Shown here: piece by piece, positions 36,253 through 48,878 of the stretch
How positions within the stretch are numbered: position 1 is the first letter of the stretch
Layout: every line of letters begins with the position of its first letter
Assembly (NCBI GenBank): GCA_013265495.1
Contig: MU061579.1
Coordinates: 1,145,159-1,209,158 of the forward strand
Origin: Vicugna vicugna
Taxonomy: Eukaryota
Length of the DNA: 64,000 nt
Reading direction: 5' to 3'
Translations under genes and position numbers: made by a program
Notes under the pieces: generated by a model
Told to the model about the DNA's origin: nothing
What the model saw: the letters and a program-made list of their open reading frames with translations, nothing else
Database searches by the model: none

Positions 36253-37928
36253 CTAAAATGACAGAAGAGAAAAGAGAATGAGTTGACGTTCCTGGCAATT
36301 GTGGAGCATCTGTCCCAGGCCTGGACCTCAAGGCTCCTTTCACATGGATAAGAAATACACTTTCCACTTGCTCAAGCCACTGTTAGCCTTCTTTTTTATT
36401 GTATTCATTGTTTTTAATTGATAATTGCAGCCAAATCTAATCCTTAGTGGTAAGTCTGGTATTTAGTACAGAGTTGATATTTAGTATTTAAAAAGCTCTT
36501 TATATTAAAAACTAATATATTCAAATATTTACCATGTTGACATTTTGCCATTTGTCATTTATTTTACTTTTAGAGGTTTCAGAACTTTTTTGGTAGCTTA
36601 TGTCAAAATCTCATTTTGTTAGCACTCATTAGAAAAGTGCTAATTAGAAGGAAAAAATAGTTAAGAGCAAGAATTTTAAGACAACTATTAATATCTCTCC
36701 TCTTCCTCTAACACGATTTTCTTGATTTTCTATGAGCCAGTATTTGCTGTGATCCAAAAGTATTCTGAGAACGTAGTCGGTACTGTAAATATCCCACAGC
36801 AAGATATAAATTCGACTAATTACCATATGTCAAGTTTTCAAACTCCTCCCTCAGAAACAAGTTATCAATTTATTTTTCTGTGCTTAATGCCAGAGATAAA
36901 ATTTCTTATAAAAATACTATGACTTCGTTTAATAGAATATTCAGAATGTTGACTATGTTTTCTAACATTTTATCTAAAGTGTTATTAACATCTGGGAGGG
37001 ATCTTCCTAGATATTGAACAAATGCTACATTAAGTTTTAGTGTTATTAAATCTTAGAGTAGATCGAATAGCATCCCAATCTACATCAGGCAAATGCCGTG
37101 GTTACTAGAATTTACAGTAGTATCTCAGCATAGCTCCATAATTACACATTTATTTAACCAATTAAGCATGAAAGTGGCATTATTGTCAGAGATATGATAT
37201 ATGACCTGAACATAATTTGGTTAATGAGGAACAAGAAATGCCTGCTAAGTAGGGCAGGTATTCTGTTAGCAGAAGACTGCTAATTACCCTTGACATATGT
37301 CAGATTGAATGGTTTTATGTAAAAAATGCTGAGTGAAGAAATTATGTTGAAAGTAGTCCCCTTCTTTTTATTTATAAAATGTTTTTAAACATTTAGCTTT
37401 AGGAAGTTGAAAAAAAAGTTTGCTATAGTAGTTTCAGATACTGTGCAAATTTTCCTGTGTGCTCAGTCAATGATAAATAACTGCTGCCATTTCAAGTTTT
37501 TGTCTTGTCAAGTTCAAGTTATGAACTTCCAGAGGAAAAAAAAATCTTTACTCCCAATTTCTAATTATCTAGACTCCGAAAAGTATCCACCCACAGAATC
37601 CCTTGTCTTAAGTTGGATCCAAGTCTTATCTCCTAAAATCCCTTTAACTCCCTCACCTCTTTCTCCTTCTTTATAAATAAGAAACACAATCAACATTTTA
37701 CCTGAAGATGAGAAAAATGTTGAAGGTAACAGATGGTTAAGCGCCTGTTGTAGGATTTCAGTGACGTTTTTTGTCGCTGATTGACAAAGAATTAATGGAA
37801 ACATAAGCAATACAGGGGATATGGGTAGGATTTTCAAAAGGAATTTCTGCTAGGAAATACAAAATACCAGGTAAACATGGCGATTATGAAATATAGGATA
37901 TTTATCTTGATGAAAAATACAAAAAAAT

Positions 37929-38829
37929 CTGATGATTCAGCCTGTGGACCGTGAGATAATTCAGTATGATTTCTAAGCCTAGATTTGTGGCTCTAATAAA
38001 CCTGCATTAAAACATATGAAAATGGTCCATGTGAAATACTAATTATAAACTCTTATCTTTTGCTCTAATTATTTTTTCATTTGTAATTTTTCAATATGGT
38101 AGTTTTTAAAATGCTATGTTAAGGACAGAGTATAGTGTAGAGATTATAGTATCATACAGTTCTTATACCTGCTAGATTTATCATATTGGTCAGTTTAAAC
38201 GCTTCTCTGAAACTCACTAGATGGTAATGAAATTATCTATATTGATATCGATCCCATAAATTTATCACACAGAAATGGTACTTAACATTTATGTATAATA
38301 GTCCTGTCCTTATTCCCACTTCATACCTTCTTCCCATTATCACTCAAAAAGACAGTGTTTTCTCTTAAAAATATATTATACTGATGATTCAGCCTGTGGA
38401 CCGTGAGATAATTCAGTATGATTTCTAAGCCTAGATTTGTGGCTCTAATAAACCTGCATTAAAACATGAAAATGGTCCATGTGAAATACTAATTATAACT
38501 CTTATCTTTTGCTCTAATTATTTTTTCATATGTAATTTTTCAATATGGTAGTTTTTAAAATGCTATGTTAAGGACAGAGTATAGTGTAGAGATTATAGTA
38601 TCATACAGTTCTTATACCTGCTAGATTTATCATATTGGTCAGTTTAAACGCTTCTCTGAAACTCACTAGATGGTAATGAAATTATCTATATTGATATCGA
38701 TCCCATAAATTTATCACACAGAAATGGTACTTAACATTTATGTATAATAGTCCTGTCCTTATTCCCACTTCATACCTTCTTCCCATTATCACTCAAAAAG
38801 ACAGTGTTTTCTCTTAAAAATATATTATA
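37929..38829. repeat. Direct tandem duplication of unique sequence (copy 1 37929-38380, 452 bp; copy 2 38381-38829, 449 bp)
   Basis: Both copies start ctgatgattcagcctgtggaccgtgag and end ctcttaaaaatatattata. I see only three differences. Confidence 0.97.
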
Positions 38830-40917
38830 TTCAATGTATGGAAAATATGCAGTGGGCTACATGGGAATGAACAGAATATGCCAGACTCATAATTAGTTTA
38901 GAATTTAGTTAAAAGCAGTAATTTTGACAAAATAACATATTATTTTAATTTGTCCTGATTTACACATTCAATTTTGGTTAGGTTGGTTAGTATACAGAAA
39001 TGATTCTTAAGTATTTGAAAAGTGTTAAACATAATTTAAATTTAAATATAACTTAAGTATAAAAATTGTCAAATACCTTGCCTTTATGTTTGGTTATTAT
39101 AATTAGTATCCCCAATGGTAAAAATGACTGGACATAATCCAAACACATTCTTCTATATTTCTTTAAAATAGGGGTAGGTAAATATGACCAAAGAAATTCA
39201 AAAATATTTTTGTTGCCAGTTTTCTTATTTCATATAAGTTGGAAATATCAAAGTAAAAATATTTAATACTTTCTATATAACACATAATGCAATTCCATAT
39301 TGGTGTTTGAAGTTACTATTGTATACTAAAACTTCAAATCATTTATAATTAAGTTATATTTTATGAAAAAATATAGTGTGCTTATCTAAGTAACAAAGGC
39401 ATCAACTCTGATTTCGTAAATAAAAAACTCTTCCCAGTATTCCTTTTCTTGTGATAAATTAAGAAAATTGTGTTCTGATCTCTTTCTATATGTTATTTCC
39501 CAACCATATTTTATTGAAAATCTGACTCATATCTTGGCACTGTAAGTTGGTTCTAGCTTGTTTGAAAACAAGTTCACAAGTTTCAAGTTTTGTCTGACTT
39601 TTATAAAGAGTCAAAGTTACGTGAATTTAAGCTATCTTTGCAGTCTGGCCCCACTCAAACTATTGATATTTATTCATACCACTTTTCAGCCAGAATTTTC
39701 AGTTCTAGGAACTCTGACACTCAGCACAAAGATCGTGGATTTTGATCATTCCAACTTCCAATCTCATGCTCACATTTTACGTTTGCTTAGAATTCCCTCC
39801 ACACTAATTTAAAATCACACTAATTTTTCAAAATCTTTTTCTCATTCCTGCTGCAATCATTTGTGGCTACTCTACTGGATATTTAATTTTTTAATATTCT
39901 ATAGAAATTAAAATCTGCCCTCATGAAATTCAGCAATGAATTATTTAAGCTTATATCAGCTTCTGTATTTGCTTTGTAATAAATTCAGATTTATCTCCTA
40001 AATAGTTTGTGGTCTCTGGGAGGGGAGAGCAGTCTATTATTTATTTTCTTCTATCTCCCACAGTTATAGTTTTAAAAAGTGTGGCAGATCTTTATGAATT
40101 ATATTATTAATTAACCTCCAGGTACTTCCTGTGTGACTATGTACTTAGCAGTACTCAACACTGGTGCCTGCTGGACACCTTGACTATGAAGGCTTAATGA
40201 CTGACAGCCATTATTATTGTCATTATAATTTCCTCTTTCCTGCTCTTATTTTTTAAAACCTGCATTTCTCAGTTTCCCATTGAAATAGTACCAATTCTAT
40301 ACAAGGTGGATTTTCTAGGTCTCTCTCCTACCTTTTACATGTTTATGTGTCCTGGGATTAGTTCTCTTCTCATCTCTCTCTACATCCCCCCTCCTCACTT
40401 TCATGAAATTCTTGATGGAAAGAGAGATTGGTATGATTATACACTGGATGAGATAGAGGGGGCATGAAGAAGTTATTATTTTAAATTATCTTTTACTTTT
40501 TAAATGGGAGAAATGTAGAGATTTCCTAAAGGAAAGGATATGAAAGAATCTAAATGTAGACGTTTCAAAAAGATGAAGAAAGATGTGAAATTGCGAGAGA
40601 TGATTTCAGATGGTCTCGATGTTCTTAATGATGCAAAGGCAAGGCAGTCATCAAAGAAAGGTAAAAAAAAGGTTGTGTGTCTTGAGAATTTTGAAGATTT
40701 TGCATGGACATTGAGCAGAAAGAAAGGTATCTGACTTTAGACAAAAGTAAGAATTAACTGGCAGTGGCTGGAGTCTTTGCTGAAGTTTTGAACTTAAGCA
40801 CTTTCAAATGAATCTCTCCTTATGAAAGTCTAGGTTGTTTCTTAATTCATACTTCTCTGTAAAGTTTGACAGCTGATCTTTCCCTGAGCTGTGTCCCCAG
40901 GATAACGGCAAAATGGA

Positions 40918-41512
40918 CAGTTAAGAAATTCCCCATCTTTCTGTGTTCCAAAGAAGCATCCTTGCCCTCAAAGAACAACTGAACCAGACAAAGTTAATTA
41001 GGCAAGGAAGACTTTTTTCAAGACTATTGCAACAGAGGAGAGAGATTAAACACACTTTATTGAAATAAAAGGTGGGAGAGACTTTAGGAGCTGGGTGAGC
41101 TGGTGGAAAATTACTGGAGGATATTAGGCAGAAGTTGGTCAATGTGGTTAAACCTTCTGTGTCTGCTAATTAGTGCTAGTCTAAGTTAGGTTTCTACCCT
41201 AACATCAAGATCCAGAGATAGGGACCTCTTTGAAATTGATTACATTTGATTTGAATGAAATGAATTTGGTTACATTTCAAAAGGAGGCTTTCAGGTCCTT
41301 GAGAAAGACATTCCTGGGAAGATTCTTTTTTCTGGCAAAACACTGGCAAGAGTCTGGGAGAAGATTTACATTTCAAAGGGGCAAAGAAATAGTTTTAAAT
41401 TGCAAGTTTTTTAAAGTAAATGCTCTAATGAAGGGAAAATAGGACCTGTAATCAAGGAGAAAGCTGTCTAAAGTGTAATCAAGCTAAGGAGAATAAGGCT
41501 GTCATAGTGACC
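40918..41512 (-). mobile_element. ERV1-like solo LTR
   Basis: gtccttgagaaagacattcctggg...gatttacatttcaaagggg...tttttaaagtaaatgctctaa, a pattern typical of MER34/MER39-group LTRs. Confidence 0.7.
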
Positions 41513-44129
41513 CTGTGTATTCTGCATATTCTGAGATAAATCTATCTCTTTTTTTCTTCAGTGACTCATGTAAGAAGCTTCTTTCTTTCCCATACCTGTC
41601 ATAAGAATTCAGGATGACTTCCTTCTGTATCTGACTCTGTAAAACCCAAAGGCCCTTTTGTTTTCCTTTGGAACTTTCCTCATTAATGAATGTTTTCCCT
41701 AAAAATAAATTTCTTTAATTTTCTGGTGCAACTTGTCTTTCACATGGTAATACATCCTACATCATTTCATATTAAAAAAAAAGCTAAGTGAGTTGATGTA
41801 AACAAAGCACCTACTATACCTGCAACATAATTCATGTTTAAATACTGAAATATGCAAGTAAAATTATTGAGTATCTAAGAAAATATGTCCTTTAAACAAG
41901 TGTCTAATTCTATGGATAAATATCATTTAGCCACATATGGGATTATATCTCCCATAACGAGGTGATCAATTTAAGTGAAAGCAATTTTCAAATGGATATC
42001 AATACAGGGGTAAACATTTCTAGCAAAAAAGCACACATCCATCATATAACCTGCTTTGCTAAACTGTTCCAGCTCACTTTCTTCAGGCATTATGACAAGT
42101 GTTTTGTAAAGGAAGGTCACTCGGGTTCAGGAAGAATCATATTCTGATGACAAGTCAGGCAAATAATGAAATCAGGTAACAGAATTCTTCATTAACAACT
42201 GGAGTTTGGTACATCGAAAGCTAACCAGAAATCTTGACCTGGACGTTAGTTCCATAGGTTCCAAGTTGTAGGATCTGATGGGTTCTTATACTCTCTTACA
42301 TAAGAATAGCAGTGCCTATAGATTTTCTAAGTAAATCACTTTTGTGAATTGATTTCACTACCAAAAAAATATATCTAACATTACTCATGCTAATTACTGA
42401 ACCTTCATTGCAGAGTTGGATGAAATATTTAGGTCCTTTGTTATAACCTTTGGAGTATGGATTCCTGATTGGAGTATTTCAAATGCTTACCAAAAACCCT
42501 TGAATGTGAATTCTTGATTAAAGTACTTTAAATGTTAACTAACAATTCCTAGACTGTTACTTAACTCTAACTTGCATAAAAAAGCATTCTATTATTCTCA
42601 ATAAATTATTGTTAAAGTAAGTAATATTATATTGGACATCATTAGTATTTTATGTTTTGCTTTGTTTTTCATATTGAATAATACATTTGGACCTAGTTAA
42701 ATTTTTGAGTTTGTTATTACCATATAAGCTTTTATAGATTTATACAATAAAATTTCTTCAATATTCATTTTCTTACAGTTTGAAGAGATGACTTCTAGCA
42801 GATGGGCTTAGAACAAAGGATTTTACTTCACTGAATATTTCATAGGTCAGTCTCACTCTATCTCATCTTTAGTTTTCATTGTTGATATTTCCATGTTTTC
42901 TCCATTGTCTTATCCTATTTTAAGTATATAGGAAAGATCTGAAGACTTGAGATTGAAGTTGATCTAAGTAAACAAGCTATATTCTGTATAAAAAGAGAAA
43001 AAATATGGCAGAGATGTTAAACATGAGTAAATTTAAATTTAGCCTATTTTCATTTTAAATTACACATCAAATGCCAGAAGAATAGAAACGGGAAGTATAT
43101 ATAAGAATAATCAGCTTTCCTCTGAAAGGCCTAAATGCATTCTTTTTCATGGACTGCCTGAAAGAACTAAAAAACAACAAAATAAATATTTTTTAAAGTG
43201 CTGCATCAGCTCTTAAAACAGACAGTGCTAACATTTTGAGGTGTGAAAGGGAGATTAATTTTGGATAGAGAGACAGAGGATGCTAAGACAATTTAAATGC
43301 TTTCTTGGCAGATAAAAAAAATCTCTACTGTTTCCCATTGCTGTTCTCTATTTGCAACATTATCCACACATCTACTAGTTTTCTCAAGGAAAGCAGACAA
43401 TTGAGAAGGAACATATGAATATATGAGTGATTGAAGTATTATGAGGAGGTTTTTTAAAGGAAATATTTGAGGAAAAGATAATTTTCAAAAGCATTAGTGA
43501 AATAAAATGACCAGGGAAGAATTATCACACTTTATTTGCTGAAAAGTTCCTTTCAGATTGCTTTATATTTACTTTGCTGTATCCTTGAACTGTTTATTTT
43601 TCATTTTCTTTAAAAAGTTATTTTGCTAGGTCACTGGCTTAGACAGTCTACCTAGAAAGCAATCATGATGGAGTATGTATACTAACAGTTTCAAACATGA
43701 GTGGGAGTTGGTGAAAATGGACAGGCACAGAGTTTGACTCACCCTTATTATTTTCTCCAGTGGACAACTTGATGAACCCTAGAAGTCTCATAATTTTAGG
43801 AAGTTTTTCAAGTTGTGTAAATGTCTTTGAGAAGACCTCTTATGACACTGACACATGTACACATGTATGTCTGTGTGTATAGCTAAAGAAAGGCCAGTCT
43901 GCAATTAGTATACTTACATTCTCTAAAAACTAAGACATATTTTCCAATATATAGTACTTCCTCTAGGAACAGTGAAAGTAACTCCACACTTGTGGTTCTT
44001 AGGAACAGCATAAGATCCAGGCAAGCTCAACCTGTGTTCCATCACTCTGCTTAGAGCTATCAACTCAGGAAATGTCAGGTAATACTGGTTGATCCAAAGA
44101 GACAGCCCAAGATTTTCCCTGGAACTCTT

Positions 44130-44426
44130 CAAATTCTAGGTTTGACAAACTGATTAAAGGTGAGTCTTGCAAATTAACAGCCATTTTGGCACTAAACAGT
44201 GAGACAAAACTTGAGAATCAAGCTAAAGCAAAGAAACCAGAAGTGATAGCGCAGAGAGAGAAAGTAACAGAAAAACACTGACCCTTGGTGAAGCCATAGC
44301 TCCCAGATCCAGCCATACAAAAAAAAAAATCTCTTCCTAGAACTTCCATTTATAAAATATTATTTCTCTTCATTTTCTTACATGTATTTAAAGAACAATG
44401 ATGTCACTTGAAAATGAAAGATCCAG
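44130..44426 (+). mobile_element. Old MaLR LTR (MLT1J/K-like) 3' part
   Basis: cagccattttggcac...ccagatccagccatac...cctagaacttccatt...tgtcacttgaaaatgaaagatcc. Confidence 0.55.
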
Positions 44427-45449
44427 ATCATTGACTTTTTCCCCTACTTTATTGAAATATAATTGACAAATAAATTGTATGTATTGAATGTAAAAAAAAA
44501 ACAGAAAAAGAAAAAGAAAGATCTGGTCTATATGTCAGATAACTGAGCCATGATCTTATACTCAACTTTACTAACCCAATCCATGTGTCCTTTACCATCC
44601 TCAACTTTACCATTTGAGAAGCGCTGTGTTAGCTGCCCTCCTTCATTTGTAGTTTTGTAAAGAACAGTTCTTAGACTTCTACAATAATACATTTTGCTTA
44701 GAATGGAACAGGGTACATTTGACTCTGCTTTTCTATAAAACTCTGAAAGTGTAAAATGTTTTATTTTTTCCATCTTTGTAATATATATTTTCAGTTTGAA
44801 ATTCTACTTCTTTTGCTGCATCAACTCTTCATACATCAGTTCTGTTTTCAAAATTAAATCTGTGCTATAAATTATAAATACACCAATTGCAGAAAAATGA
44901 AGTTAAAAGAGCCAAAACTAACCTTTCAGTTTCTTTTGAGATTATGAGAAATTAATTACTTTTGAAAAACTTAAACAAAAAATGTATGTTATTATAAATA
45001 TGAATTTTTTGGGTTGTTGTTACTGTTCTATCTTTTTTTCAGGTCTTTCTACACAGGCATTCAATTTCAAAATATATTTGCTCTCATGCTTGAAGAAAGT
45101 CAACATCATAAAAGATGACAAAGTATTTCCATATCTAAAAAGACTATCTTTTTTTTTAATTGTTTTAATACATTGTCCTTATCAAAGGTAATTCATTAAG
45201 AAACTGACTGATCTGATTTGAATGCCTCTTACTGAGAGGAGGAAAGGCTGTATGTGTTTGTCTCTTTATGGAAAAGGGAAATAATATGTGCTTGTTTTTG
45301 TTGTATTTGTTATTTTACTTGTGTCTGCATTTTACAATCCCCAATCATCAGCTACTAAGGAAAGATGATGTTAAATGGGCCCTTGGTCTGAGATTTATTG
45401 GGTATGTCATTACCATGGTTGAGGGCACAAGCATAATGGCTAGTTTTGC

Positions 45450-46230
45450 TTTGGGGACCTGCACGCCCTGGTGCCAGCCACTAAGCTGTTTGAAAGTAGG
45501 TCATTGGTCATGACCTTCAGCACAGCTATAATGGGGCTAGTGCTCTGTGTAAGGAAGGGCTAATACAAAGGCACAGCATGTGCTCATCAAAGATGTGTGC
45601 CTGAAGGAAACAGGGCAACAGCAGCACATCAGTGATGTCCTGAGGAAAAGCCTATTGAAGATGGCCATAGACTTGCTGGAGGCCCAGATGAGTACCTGGT
45701 ATATCATCAACCCTACCATGAGTACAAGGATAACCAAGGATGAGGCAGCACAGAACAGATTGGAAGAACCAAAGCTTCACAAGAAGCTGAAAAACAGGAC
45801 GTGACAGGTTACCAGTTCCCCTACTCTGAAGAGTGCATCTTTCTATTCCAGTCTCCAAAAAAAGGGCCTCATTCCCAGAGACCAGGACCTGTACCTCCTG
45901 GATATCCAGTTGTGTACAGGTGGCATGATGGATTCCCCATGACCCTCAACATCATTTGTGCTGGGTAATGAGGAGACAAGCAATATTCTGCCAGTATCTA
46001 TTGACGATGCCAACAAATACTATGACCTCACCACGCAGGTCATGTTCAGCCAGCTCCAGCAGTGATGCTGCAGTGACAAGCTGACAAGCTGACAAGCTGA
46101 CAAGTAACAGGGTGGAGCCTGAAGCCCCTCTTAGAAGGCCATCTGGGCCCAAAAGGAGGAGTTCTACACTGACATCCAAGTGTGTTTCCTTCAAGAAGCC
46201 CCAGATGGCAGCTTTACCCACACATTCATA
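45450..46230 (+). pseudogene. Probable decayed processed pseudogene; parent gene not identified
   Basis: Intronless GC-richer island with GC3-rich codons (CTG, ATC, GAG, CAG, AAG) on +. Long antisense ORFs lie in register with the + frames. Multiple stops and frameshifts. No repeat family recognised. Confidence 0.6.
46074..46104. repeat. (TGACAAGC)x4 short tandem expansion
   Basis: tgacaag c tgacaag c tgacaag c tgacaag. Confidence 0.95.
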
Positions 46231-47414
46231 AACACACAAATCTAAATATTGTTAGACAAGTATTTTATCCCCATATTAAGGTGTATGTAGTATTGCACAA
46301 TTGATTAAAAAGAATTGTGGACAAGAATCCAAGTGAGTATGCTCTGCTTAAAAAAACTATCTCGCTTTTCCTACAAAGGGCATTGTATAAATGTGATTAT
46401 CAGGACCAATAAAGGAAAATGGTCAGAGAGCAGATTTCTTATGCCATCCAAAGCTCTTTCCCTCTCTCATGTCTGCTTCGCATTGCCAGGCATTCAGTGT
46501 ACTGTTGCCTTCTTCTATCTTTACGGAAAAGCTAGAACCTCAAGTAGAAGGTGAAGAAGTAACTTGAAAGTGTCAATATTTAGGACTTAGTGTATTACCT
46601 CTACTATGAGTATCTGCACTGGGAAATAATTACACTACTACTATTATATATACACATATAATGGAATTATAAACATAATTGAAAAAATGGAGGAAGATGT
46701 TTACAGATAATGCGTACTTTCTAAGCTCTATGAATAGTTTAGCAGAGTTGTCTGATTGTTCACTCTACCTTAAAGTTGTTTTCCAAAATAAGAATAAATT
46801 TTTACCTATACCTTGCACCCTGCTTCTGTCCCCACTCCCTTTTTCTATACCTGCCTCCGCATTCTCACGTCTCACCACTCTCCCTTTTCCTCTCCACTCA
46901 CTGGTTTCTTGTGGCTCTGCAGCATACCAAGTCTACATTCATTTGAAACCTTTGTTAGTTCTTGAATGTTCTTTTCCTGTCTATCTTACAGTGTCCCGCC
47001 CAAATGTCAAATAAACATTGAACTTCTTGAATATGTTGGTGAAACAGCAAACACTACGCAAGTCACCTCCCACCCCTGAAACTACATAACATTAACCTCT
47101 TATTTTAAACATTTCCTATTATTTTCCTTTAGAAATGCCTCTTAGAAATAGTTATTTTTCTCCAACCTATTTGTAGTTATCTGTCTTTTGTGTAGTACAT
47201 TTTCATTTATTGATAAATATAGCTTATTATTTCACCAGCTTACTTTAGAATATCTATTATTCCTATTTTTTTGTGCTTTTGTTTTTCAATATTCACCTCT
47301 TCTTTTGGATTGATGAAACTTTTAAAACATTTTTCTTTCTTAATCTCTCTCCTCACCCTCCTTGCCACTCTCCTGTTTTCAACTTTCTATATTCTAGAAT
47401 GGGGAACTACAACT

Positions 47415-47873
47415 TGTTGTAAGGAATAATTCATTAATTAAAATGGCATTTTTGGTGGTTAGTCTAGCACAGATATGGAGTAAACACCATGGAGAGGTGA
47501 ATGAAAGTGAGAGATTTGTTGTTACTAACAGGTCCTTGAAAAGGAAGGCACTGCATCCACGTAGAGGCCCATATGGGAGCAATTCCAAGGGAGTGGGCTC
47601 AACAAAGCAAGTGGGGAGCCAAGAAGAGTGAGGACCCATGTGCAACTGCCTTTTTAGGTGGACAAAGTGGAGTATACAAGCAAAGTGCACAAGAGGATTC
47701 CACTTGTGCATTTGAATGTCACTAGGTTGCAGTCAAGGCCAGGTCAAGAAGGGGAGCTTGTGACAGGGACTAGGCTCATCACACTGATGTACTGGTGACC
47801 TAGGTGTTGTACTCAAAGCCTGTTTGTGGGGATATTGAGGCATCAGGAAAATAAGAAGTTTTAAAAATTTACA
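47415..47873 (-). mobile_element. ERVL-like solo LTR (subfamily uncertain)
   Basis: TG...CA bounded (tgttgtaagg...aatttaca), GC-richer block with gagatttgttgttactaacaggtcc. Confidence 0.55.
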
Positions 47874-47877
47874 GGAC

Positions 47878-48070
47878 ATGCAGTCTATGGCCTGGAGGGA
47901 AAAACTGGTTCAATACTTGTTTTTGTAAATAAAGTTTTATTGAAACATAACTATGTCTGTTTGCTTGTATATTGTAGGCTTTTAAACAACAATGGCAGAG
48001 TTGAGTAGTTGAAAGAGACCGCCTGGCCCCTAAGCCTAAAATATTTACAGAACATGTTTGTCAATGTTTG
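47878..48070. mobile_element. MER58A-like MITE
   Basis: gtttttgtaaataaagttttattgaaacataac...aacaatggcagagttgagtagttgaaagagacc...aagcctaaaatattta. Confidence 0.85.
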
Positions 48071-48389
48071 CTTTCTACTGAGCTATTTTTATAATCTCAC
48101 CATGTACATTTATACTAGCAATTCAAATAATATTTTAAACACCCTTATGAACAACATATGAATCACTCAGATTCTGATTTCTTCTTCTCAACATTCACAT
48201 TATTTCCCAATATTTTCAGTTCTTTCTTTTAAAATTCATAAGCTAGACTACTTTTATGCCAGCTTGCCACAAAGACATTGAACTAAAGAAACATCAGGTA
48301 AGGTTTGGGAAGAAGGACCCTGAGTGCCAGTGAATAGTCTAAAGTGCAAACAGAATGGTAAGCAAGTAAAAATTTAAAACGACAAATTA

Positions 48390-48766
48390 AGGAGCAGTTT
48401 AGTGGGTTCTTCTGACTCAGGAGCATTGATGAGGTTGCAGTAAGATGAGCTGGAGCTGCAGTCATCAAGTCTTTCCTGAGGCTGAGAGTTTTCTTTCCAA
48501 GGTGGCTCTTTCTTATCACTGACAAGTTATTATTGGCTATGTTGGCTGCTGGTGGGAAGCCTCAGTTCCTCCTCATTTGTGTGCCTTTCTATGGGGCTAT
48601 TTGAGTGTCCTCAATGTGTGGCATCTGGCTTCCTCCAGAAAGAGCACCCAAGAGAACAAGGTGAAAGTTGCCTACCCTCACTTTCAAAATGTTGACCACA
48701 CAGGTCAGCTTTGACTCATTGTGGAAGCAAAGATCATCAAGGGCAATACTGGAAGCTAGCTAACAC
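48390..48766 (-). mobile_element. MaLR solo LTR (MLT1G/H-like)
   Basis: gaggttgcagtaagatgagctggagctgcagtcatc...ggctgctggtgggaagcctcagttcctc...tggcttcctccag. Confidence 0.75.
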
Positions 48767-48835
48767 AATGAAAACTAAATTAAATGATTATTTCACTAAA
48801 CAAAAATAAGCTGTTATTTTGCTCCAACTTTTTAA

Positions 48836-48878
48836 AACATTTATGTTTTTAATTAAAATATAGTCAGTTTACAATGTT
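48836..48878 (-). mobile_element. Extremely truncated L1 3' tip
   Basis: aatatagtcagtttacaatgtt shares tatagtcagtttacaatgtt with the 3' tip of the L1 at 17394-17413. Confidence 0.65.

Noticed and set aside
45883..45915. DQDLYLLDIQL resembles short stretches of UBE2O (DGLYLFDIQL) and bornavirus N (EDQDLY)
   Set aside because: The flanking peptides match neither protein as I recall them, and the matches are too short to assign.
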